Of a DNA stretch of 64,000 nucleotides, positions 53,477 through 64,000 are shown piece after piece. The number at the start of each line of letters is the position of its first letter. The stretch's first letter is position 1. The stretch lies in NCBI GenBank assembly GCA_964016885.1, contig OZ024740.1, forward strand, positions 161,572,001 to 161,636,000, written 5' to 3'. The notes beneath the pieces were generated by a model that worked only from the letters and a program-made list of their open reading frames with translations, ran no database searches and had not been told where the DNA came from. Position numbers and translations under genes: made by a program. Source of the DNA: Eledone cirrhosa. Lineage: Eukaryota.

Positions 53477-53864
53477 TATATATAGAGAGAGAGAGAGAAA
53501 AGAATATATATATATATGTATATGTGTGTGTGTATGTATATATTTATATGTATGTATGTGTAGATGTGTGTATTGCTTACCACGTGTGTTTGTTTATTTA
53601 TTTGTGTCCTTCCCTGTATCGCAGTCAACTTTATAATAATTTTTTTATTTTCTTAAGTCGTATATTTTTTTTTATGTGACGGCCTATTGCATTATATGTT
53701 TGTTCATAGTTTTTTATTTTTTATTATAATTAATTGTGTGTGTGCGTATGTAGGTGTGTATATATATATATATCTATATATATATGATCGTATGTATGCG
53801 TGTATATATGTATGTATGTATGCATGTACGCGTGCGTGTATATATATGTGTATGTGTGTGTGTG

Positions 53865-53899
<35 letters not shown>

Positions 53900-53921
53900 T
53901 TATGTGTATATGTATATAGGG

Positions 53922-53965
<44 letters not shown>

Positions 53966-54121
53966 ATGTATATATGTGTGTGTGTGTGTGTGTGTGTGCA
54001 TGTGTGTTTATCCACTTTTATATTTATTCTTTTTCCTTTCCTTCTTCCTTTTCCAGCCTCACTTTCATATAGATTATATTTTTGTTTTTAAAATCCACTG
54101 TCAATAAATACACCAGGATTT

Positions 54122-54182
54122 TTTCATTCTGATGACTGAAAGCAAATTTTTCTTGCTTTCAAGAAACCATTGGTAAATGAAA
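54122..54182 (+). ncRNA. Type-I hammerhead ribozyme
   Basis: TTTCATT-CTGATGA-C-TGAAAGCAA-atttttc-TTGCTTTCA-A-GAAA-CC-att-GG-TA-AATGAAA: 7-bp helix I, 9-bp helix II, 3-bp helix III; cleavage predicted after 54175. Confidence 0.85.
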
Positions 54183-54230
54183 TAATTATTTTATGTTGTT
54201 TAATACATAACTATATATATATATATATGC

Positions 54231-54265
<35 letters not shown>

Positions 54266-54277
54266 TGTATATATATA

Positions 54278-54372
<95 letters not shown>

Positions 54373-54381
54373 CATACACGT

Positions 54382-54416
<35 letters not shown>

Positions 54417-54535
54417 CATACACGTATATATATATATAAATACATATATAGAGAGGGTGAGGAGAGATGTACACACGAATGAAGCGTATTTTCAATGTCA
54501 GATTTTAGCTCCGTTTTTCCAAACAACATATGAGT

Positions 54536-54600
<65 letters not shown>

Positions 54601-55193
54601 ATAAATATATATACATATATGAACAAACTTATTTTGTTTAGATACGTATTTTCTATGTCGGTTTTCAAGCTAGGTTTTCCATATAACCAACTCTAGGTAA
54701 GTTACAGAGAAAAATCAATAAGGATGAAATAGCTAATCCTTCAGGACTGAAACATTTGAAAACGGTGCATATTATTCTGAAGAGAGCATATAGAACATTC
54801 GATGGTTGCTGTGCGCGGGAGGACGTTGGCTTACTTATGCAAACCAAACCAATCACTCTCACCAAAGGATAAACGTCAAATACATAATGGCCAACAAAGA
54901 ACGTGGCTAATATATTAAATTCACAGAATCTCTGCTTTACCCATCGCAAGCTAAATACACAACCAAAGCTAGGTGTCGGTGGAGAAGTGAACTAGGAAAG
55001 AGAACGATATAAGCCAGCCGCATGTGTGTGTGTACGTGTGTGTTTGTGTGTGTGCGTGTGCGTGTGTTTGTGCGTGTGGGTGTGGGCGCGCGCGCGTATG
55101 TGTGTGTGTTTTTACGATAACAAAACATTAAAGTGTTTAGTACATGCTTTGGGAAGAAGTCAGTGGTCCATTACACACACACACACACACACA

Positions 55194-55242
<49 letters not shown>

Positions 55243-55356
55243 ATGTTTGTGTGTGTGTAGATGTAGATGTTTGTGTGTGTGGTTGTTGATAATGTGTGTA
55301 TATATATATATATATATATGTACATGACTGTGAATGTATAAATATAATATATATAT

Positions 55357-55395
<39 letters not shown>

Positions 55396-56365
55396 TGTGT
55401 GTGTGTGTGTATGCATGCATACACATATACATACATACTTATATGTTTATGTATGTCTATGTATGTCTATTGTGCTGAAATCGCAGTGATCTCCTGTCGA
55501 CACTTGATGAAAGGAATATGATGTAGTAGAAGCTGCACGTAAAATACAATATAATATATACATACGTATATATGTGGGAGTTGTATCATTATTACACTGG
55601 TTGTAGTAATGTCACTGCCATCAAGGGCTTTAGTCGATCATATCGACAGCTATAATTATTTCATTCTTCTACATATTTATCGATCTCTATCACATGGCTA
55701 GCTTCCATTTAGACAGAACATGGCGCAACTCTACACATTAGTTCGCTACGGTATTCACTGGCAAATCAACACACATCTATACACACGGATATAGATATCT
55801 GATCAAAATCAGATGTAGACTGATCGATTGAATATGGGTTAACGTGCGTTTGAATTGCAGAAAAGCGAAAAAAGTACTCAATACTGTTAGGTTGTGTAGA
55901 ATAAGCTATACATCTAAATGTGAGTAGGCATGGTTCTCTACTGGGCTTTTCTCGCTTCAGATTCAGTTGTTCATTTGATTCTCCAGAATTCGGTAAATAT
56001 TGACTGAATTTTCCCTGAGTCTGAATATCCTCTACTATATGAAATCCCTCTGATGAGGATGTGTTAGATTTGGGTAACTCTTGTCTAAAACCTTTGAAAT
56101 GTACCTAATAGTCGTAAGTTAAGAGATTGAACTATAGAAATGTAGAGCTGTGTCTTCATATTCATTAACATGCCAATACTCCATCGGGTACCTGTATACG
56201 TGATACCAGATCTTACTTAGACGGGTACAATCGACGTGGAGTGCATAACTCTGGTTACACCATAATTCCTTGATTGCTATGACAAGCAACTAACATCGAT
56301 ATTAAAACACGTGTGTGTACATATGTATATTTATTTGTATGTGTGTGTATATAATGTAATATATG

Positions 56366-56435
<70 letters not shown>

Positions 56436-56449
56436 TGTGGGTGTGTGGG

Positions 56450-56502
<53 letters not shown>

Positions 56503-56759
56503 TGTGTATGTACATGTATATATACGTGTGTGTGCATATATACAGCGTTTCCATAAATTATTTGAAAAATCAGAAAACATGAAGATAACTTTACAGGGTT
56601 TATCGGAAAAGAGAGGTAAACAAATATAGTTTTATCACAAACATCAGAACACTTCGATGTGAGATTCATTGGTTGTATGTAACACAGCTAGACGATGCTC
56701 AACTTATGACTATGTGGATTTTGTAAAGATAACATATGAATAACCTGTATATATGTATG

Positions 56760-56798
<39 letters not shown>

Positions 56799-56834
56799 TT
56801 GTGTTTGTGCCTGTGTCTGTGTGTTATATATATA

Positions 56835-57110
56835 GGGCGGGTAAAATTCCCGAGATCCATGGACGAGTTCTCTCCAGCGGTCTCTGTCCCTCATTATCGC
56901 TGCCATGTCCTGCGTCTCCAACAGACCAGTGTCTGTCCTTAGGGCATCAACATATGTTAACCTTGGTCTTTCTCTTTCAGTGTGTCCATGCAGGGGTTCC
57001 CACGGGAGCACTGAGTGCAGTGTCGAATCTGGATGTCGGTGAGCATGTCCAGCTAACCTCAGTCTCCTCTGTGTCACTTCTGAGCTGACTTTGGGAGGCT
57101 CCCATACAGC
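56835..57110 (-). pseudogene. RTE-like LINE 3' end
   Basis: QRRLRLAGHAHRH..VLPWEPLHG...RPRLTYVDAL...DRDRWRELV. Confidence 0.8.
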
Positions 57111-57135
57111 TCTGAGTTTTTCATCCTCAGTGTAT

Positions 57136-57248
<113 letters not shown>

Positions 57249-58214
57249 GGGGGGAGATTATAGAAAAGAAGAGAGAGGCGGTATCACGTAAACATCTTCA
57301 GTTTATTACATAGATATATGCTCATGTGCAATTCATTTTGTGCACCTATTTGTAACATGAACATACACACACACAAGCATATATCTGTGTGAATGTATGT
57401 ACATGTGTGAATATACATATATGAATAAACACGCATGAATATACACATAAATGAACGACTATTCTCTATATCGAGGATCGATGAAGAAGCTGTGTTGTCA
57501 TGTCCAGATGCGGTCTTTGAGGTTTACAATACATTTATGTTGATTGTGTAACATTATTCTTATTCTAATATTTAAAATGACACTAAAAGGTCAGTTTTTA
57601 GTGTCTTATTTCAATATTTATAATTACATTTTCACAATAAACGTAATTATATTTTCCGTATATTTAATAAAATAAAATTTTCTTTAATACGGCTTTGTAT
57701 GATTACATTTAATTCAATACGGTCGTCGTCTATAAAAAGGCTTCCCACCTTTGCTCTCCGCTAAGTATTAGATACAGATATAATATAATGTAATATATAA
57801 TGTAATATGATATAGGTGTCTCTGTATGTGTGTGTGGGGGGGAGTGTACAAGAGATCAAGAAACAGAAGTTCAGTTCAATACAATGAAAGAAAATACACT
57901 CAGACATCAGATCTCCCCTCATTGGCTGCCGTCTAGATTGTTATGGCTATTTCGACGTACTAACAGCAGGATCAGTACCTCTTCCCAATAGTATCAGTGG
58001 TTATAAATCTATATTATAAAAGAAAAGTTGTTTCTCCGTTTGTCTGACGTAGGAAGGAAAATGGTAGGAATGAAAAGGGAAGGCAACACCTTTTTAAAGT
58101 TGTCATGCTTATAGTTTATTGCAAAAGTTAGAGGTAATAAGGTAGAGATATGTAGGAGGGTATGAGCAGCCCATGGGGGGGGAATCTGGTTATACATGAA
58201 AAGTAACATATATA

Positions 58215-58860
58215 GTGAAGGCGCGTGGCTTAGTGGATAAGGTTTTCGAATCACGATTGTAAATCATGAGTTTGATACCTGGCGGCATGTTGTCCTTGAA
58301 AAGGGGATTTTATTTGGCGTGGCTCCAGACCAGTCATCTGGTAAAAATGAATTTCACTTGCAATTCAAAGAACCAAAGAGTCTTGTCACATCAAGTGTCA
58401 TACTCTCAGATCTTGAATAATCCCCACCCCCGCTTATTAATTTCTGGGATTACTCCCCCATCTACCCCTGCTTATTAAATTTTGCTAATCTATCTCCGGC
58501 GAAATGTTGTTGTAAGTGATTCATATTGATACAGCAGCTGGAGAATCAGATAATTATTTTATTTTACATTAAAAAAAACATATGGCAAAAGAAAGAACAT
58601 TACAAGAAATCCCTTATTCACGAACTTACACTATACAATTACCGACACCCTCCACCCCCACCCTACCCCCACTTATAAGAATTTAAGCAAATGTCCCCCA
58701 CCACCCTCGCTTATTCCAATCCTTGCCTATTATTTGGAACCCGGGAGTATATTACGTTTGTGGAATGTTCAGCCACTTTGGCGTTAATTTCAAGAGTAGG
58801 TTATTTCGATGTTCGAACTACTGAAACACTAGTCGTCTGAACAGATAGAGGTCCAACAAT
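58215..58860 (+). mobile_element. SINE (second family) interrupted by a Tc1/mariner-like MITE at 58401-58749
   Basis: tRNA-like head ggcgcgtggcttagtggataagg...gagtttgatacc. The insert has imperfect TIRs TACTCTCAGATCTTGAATAAT / ATTATTTGGAACCCGGGAGTA. Confidence 0.7.
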
Positions 58861-59085
58861 ATATATTTTGCCGGAAAGGTCGTTCTGTAGACTAAGGTAA
58901 TATATATATAAGCTTAGAATAAAATAGGTACTCTTAATACTTTTCCTTGAGGCTTTAGGTATTCTTTATATTACCTAGGTATACTATCCATACCCGAGTT
59001 TCACATAATGCCTATCATATGAGTGTGAGTGATTGATTGTGTGTGTCTGTATCGGTTGTATGTATGTGTGCGTGTGTGCGTGTGC

Positions 59086-59217
<132 letters not shown>

Positions 59218-59614
59218 CAATGTATAGATTACGAAACACATAAGAGAAAATTACATTTTTTATATGCGATTGATTCTAATTCACAATGTTTATCATTTGC
59301 AAGTCAGGCAGAACAGATACACAGACATTACATTACATGTCTATAGATGTGTGGGTGTGTGTTTGAGAGTTAGTTTCGCAATGTATATATCAATGTATAC
59401 AGTTGTATGGAAAGCGTAATCTACATTTTTGGCATATAAATAATACAAGCACATACATATTTGATTTGGCTGATTATTTAAAATAACATTTAATTTATTC
59501 ATTGCCATCATCAAATACAGAAAGAATATGTTATATATATATATTATATATTATATATTATATATATATTATATATTATATATATATTATATATTATATA
59601 TTATATATTATATA

Positions 59615-59697
<83 letters not shown>

Positions 59698-60217
59698 GCG
59701 TGCGTGTGTGTGTATGATTTATCGTACGTTTTCCATGCTAGCATGGGTTTGGTGGGTGGTCACATTCCGAGTCAATACATAAGCGGAGCTACAGGCCTCA
59801 CAGAAGGACTGGAGGCTGCCCCTCTCTTACTTACGTTCCCGCACTCTACCGAGTTGATGGGTGTGTAGGGGGCCCGCATAGGGGGCCATAAAATTCGCTG
59901 TTGATCATCAACATTTCCCTAAAGGCCACAGTTGTTCCACTTGGATCACGTTGTGCATCACTATACTAAACCTAAAAAGAATTAAAATACAAGCCTATTA
60001 ATTTCTTTTATTTATACTAAGAAAGATGAAAGCCAATGTCTACCCAAGGTTGAGTAGATATGAACTCCGGAGTTCGAACATTTCATGTCAATAACACTTA
60101 TATTGATTAATATAGTTCTAGATACATTGTCTGTAAATATGAGGGTCATTGATAAAATGCTTTTATCATAGATCTGCTTGTTCAAAGCTTATCTAAATAG
60201 CATCAACGGCACATTAT

Positions 60218-60720
60218 TTGGCAGTATCGGTAGAGGGTCGGACGTCATGCTTTGGCGCATAGAGTTACGGCCCTTGCCATTCTGAGTTCATATCCCGCCG
60301 AGGTTAACTTTGCCTATCATCCTTACGGGGTTGATAAAATAAAGTACCAGTAATTCACTGGTTAATTGCTGGCCTTGTGCCAAAAGTAGAAACAATTATA
60401 ATACAGTACCAGTAATTCACTGGTTAATTGCTGGCCTTGTGCCAAAAATAGAAACAATTATTATAACTCAGTGAAGGCAACTTTCTGCGTGGTCACTCAA
60501 CCCACTTATAATTGTTTCTAGTATAGCCACAAGGCCAGCAATTTGAAGGGAGGGAAAAGTCGGTTAAATCGACCCCAGTAGTTACCGGTGCTTTATTTTA
60601 TCGACCCCGTAAGGATGAAAGGCAAACCTAACCTCGGCCTGACTTGAACTCAGAACATAAAGGGCCGTAACTCTACGCCACGAAACATGTTGTCCGGCGC
60701 TCTACCAATACTGCCAATAT
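60218..60720. mobile_element. Two SINE copies tail-to-tail (60218-60400 plus with duplicated tail; 60510-60720 minus)
   Basis: Same family as 18030-18630; cacttataat is duplicated around the second copy. Confidence 0.85.
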
Positions 60721-61209
60721 GTTACCCATAACTCACTTATAATAGAAGCCAAATCTCTATCGCTGCTATCAAAGAACAAGTCTACTAACAAGCTAATTGG
60801 AGCCGCTCTACGCAATCGCTTGATCTGATGCAATTGACAATTATATAGCCTTCAAATTACACTCTACAGTCTTCAAAATAAAAAGTATTCAGTGCAGTCA
60901 TACAGACATGCTTAAAGAAAATCAAACAAGATGATCACCGTCGGTACGCCTTTAATCACAGGTCTGTTGAATCAGTTAAAAAACAAAAACAATAATTGGG
61001 TTTTCTGTTTTGCATTCCAATAAATAAATCTAAAGAAAAAATTGCACCTGAAGCCCGACAACTCTGTGTTCTACGGTTACGCTGCTCTGCCACCTTGAAG
61101 GGGCTTTATAAATCCCAATCGATTCGAGTAATTATTTTTTCTGGTACATAATTTATTGATCTCCTTCTGTCGAAATTCTAGGTTATCACACACACACACA
61201 CACAACGTG

Positions 61210-61490
61210 CTTTGCGTTGTGTCCTTCAGCAAGACACTTTATTTCATGTTGCTCCAGTTTACTCAGCTGTAGAAATGAGTTGCGACGTCACTGGTACCAA
61301 GCTATATCGGCCTTTGCCTTTCCCTTGGACAACATCAGTGGTGTGGAGAAGGAGACTAGTATGCATGGGTGACTGCTGGTGTTCCACAAACAACCTTGCC
61401 TCGGAAGGGAACTTTCAAGGTGCAAATCCCATGGCCATTCGTGAACGAAGGAGTCTTTACTTTTCACCCGAGCAGACACATCGCTAGCTT
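61210..61490 (+). mobile_element. SINE fragment
   Basis: gttgtgtcctt.agcaagacactttatttca.gttgctccag...aaatgag block shared with 28700, 44305 and 58290. Confidence 0.55.
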
Positions 61491-61967
61491 ATTGCTAGTG
61501 ATGTGTCTGACTCTGGAAGCTTTCGGAGAAATTTTATGCTCCATCTACGGACGAAATACCTGCTGATGTAATTCTGTATAGTCTGCAATTACATCATGAC
61601 AAAATTATTAGTTAGAAATTTTTATAAAATGTAATTAATAGTTTGGCAGAATATAAATCACGTGCTTCGGTTAAGTTAGCAATAATTTTAATGTTTTCAA
61701 AGTTTATTTTGTAGTTCACCCCTAGCATATTTTATTTGGGTACTATTTCTTCACTACTGTATCTAAATAAGAATGTGATCGCCTCTCTATGCACTCTCTA
61801 TCACCGTGCACAATCTGAGGAGACGGTAATAACTTTACCTTGAAACCTAAGGGGTTCGCTTTTTCTTCTGTTTATGAACAGAAATAAATAATATATCAGC
61901 TCTCACACTAGATCGAGCATGTTTTCCTTTTTTCACATCCACGAATAATTTTTATTACATGCACATA

Positions 61968-62040
<73 letters not shown>

Positions 62041-62047
<7 letters not shown>

Positions 62048-62304
62048 GGTAAACAGAAATAACAACACAATCGGTACAGTATATGGAAGGTATATATTAA
62101 GTTAACGCTTGATATAGCAGGAAGAGGGTCTTAACGTTTCAGACGCGACGTCTCCTTAATCTATTTTAGTTCTCATTCTTTCTTCTGATGAAGGACTAGT
62201 GTCCGAAACGTTAAGACCCTCTTATTGCTATATCAAGCGTTAACCTAATATATACCTTCCATATACTGTACCGATTGTGTTGTTATTTCTGTTTGCCTTT
62301 TACA
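62041..62304. repeat. Foldback with about 100-bp arms and an HHR at the loop/arm junction
   Basis: 62041-62144 is reverse-complementary to 62201-62304 with few mismatches; flanked by microsatellites. Confidence 0.93.
62181..62216 (+). ncRNA. Minimal type-I hammerhead ribozyme
   Basis: TCTT-CTGATGA-A-GGAC-tagt-GTCC-GAAA-CG-TT-AAGA; palindromic ACGT helix III. Confidence 0.8.
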
Positions 62305-62428
62305 TACATACATATATATATAGAGAGAGAGATAAATCTACCAAAAGTTTACGGTTTCTTTGTTTATTCATTATTTTATTAATTTATCTTGACTCTGTTT
62401 TCCGTTTATTTTTCACCGAAAGTAGTTT

Positions 62429-62498
<70 letters not shown>

Positions 62499-62503
<5 letters not shown>

Positions 62504-62934
62504 AATAATGAATCAAAACATATCAAATATGTTTAGAATTTTGTGTTTCTCAATAAGTAAGCTCAATAGACTTTATAACCAAATGAACAGATATATGATT
62601 ATATAAAGAGAGAAAAAGAGCCATGTATATTGTAAAAGAAACACGGTATATTGTATATACACCAAATGCATATTCTATAGAAGAATATTTACTCAGGTGG
62701 AATCGTAAGTGAAACCTTATAACGCTATTTCATACCTGGACAATATGGCTAAAAATGTATTTGGTGTATATACAATATAAAGTGTTTCTTCGACGATATA
62801 TGGCCCTTTCTCTCTATATATGAACATATATCTTTTCATTCGGTTATTATGGCTCTAGATAAAGTCTTTTGAGCTTACTTATTGAGAAACAAAATTCTAA
62901 ACATATTTGATATGTTTTCATTCATTATTTGTAT
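62499..62934. repeat. Older foldback (about 170-bp diverged arms); loop sequence re-occurs inverted at 63272-63380
   Basis: atacaaataatgaat.aaaacatatcaaatatgtttagaatttt is mirrored at 62890-62934; loop tattctatagaagaat...ggctaaaaa is mirrored at 63272-63356. Confidence 0.85.
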
Positions 62935-63561
62935 TTAACGGCCCCAAACCTCTTAACTTATTCAGCTTGGTGGCTATAATCACCGCTCCTATTTCTAGCA
63001 GAGTTATCGTCCACTTGTGGATATCTATTCACCCTGGGTTTAACGCTATTATACCATGTGCTTCTCAGCATGAAGGAGGAGTTGGACTTAGCTGTAGATA
63101 TTCACAGGTATATTGATTTATTTACTATCTTCATTCTATATTTCCCTGGAATGGTGAGACTAAACATCTGATAAGTACCTGAGTATCATGTGGTTCAATC
63201 ATAATTGATACTTTGTCTTCAATGAACGATTATATTAATTATTATTTTTGATGATCGATTACATAGATTGATTTTTAGCCACACTGTCCCGGTATGAAAT
63301 AACGTTATAAGGTGTCACTTACGATTCTACCTGCGAAGACATTCTTCTATAGAATATGTATTTGGTATATATACAATGCACCTCGTTCCACAAATTGTAA
63401 ACACAACGGCTAGGAAGGCCCTTTAGAAATTTATGTCAGTTATATTGCAGCATATCACAAAATCAGATTTTCATCTGAAGATACAGTTCTCATAAGAACA
63501 TCAAATGCATAAATTACATCATGAATTTATGTTACATCACCATCTTTCTTAATGTTATTCT

Positions 63562-63604
<43 letters not shown>

Positions 63605-63623
63605 TAATGTTATTCTTATATAA

Positions 63624-63659
<36 letters not shown>

Positions 63660-63684
63660 CTTTCTTAATGTTATTCTTATATAA

Positions 63685-63761
<77 letters not shown>

Positions 63762-64000
63762 TAGCTGTTTTGATAACACTGAGCATCTACATCCACACAG
63801 ATCACACACGCACGCACCCACACATACATACATACATACATACATACATACATACATACATACATACATACATACGAAGGAAGTGTGGTAAGGAACCAGG
63901 TGGACCATAACGCACCGAAAATGATCTGTACTACCCATACAGGAAACCTAACGACAACCTACACTACATCCACCGCCGCTCTAACCATCCTAGAAACATC

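Noticed and set aside
54775-54830. CTGAAGA plus an imperfect stem
   Set aside because: GAAA is absent and helix I is unpaired.
58215-58290. tRNA-like sequence
   Set aside because: A degenerate SINE head continuing into SINE body; no full cloverleaf.
63285-63345. GAAA-TAACGTTA-TA-AGG as a possible type-II HHR
   Set aside because: No credible CUGANGA or helix II partner in either copy.

Overview
AT-rich, extremely microsatellite-rich eukaryotic DNA. The SINE/LINE/(TA)n repertoire suggests a mollusc, probably an octopus (inference). No host protein-coding gene can be supported, and most ORF-track entries are translations of (TA)n/(CA)n tracts. The window is a mosaic of decayed retroelements: two Penelope-like elements (PLEs) with GIY-YIG domains (about 26.0-28.6 kb and 49.6-52.4 kb), Tx1/L1-, RTE-, CR1/L2- and R4/Dong-like LINE fragments, tRNA-type SINEs, MITEs and possible Helitron ends. 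The main hidden signal is RNA structure. Reading by eye on both strands gives about 17 intact or near-intact type-I hammerhead ribozyme (HHR) motifs plus about 8 degenerate ones. Nearly all sit in short non-coding islands inserted in (TA)n tracts and arranged as foldback palindromes or 1.1-2 tandem copies, i.e. PLE pseudo-LTR/retrozyme-like elements. They include families with non-canonical cores (U3-A8 compensatory pair; C4), covarying palindromic helix III and large helix II insertions. Ribozyme activity is predicted, not shown. Boundaries of decayed elements are approximate.
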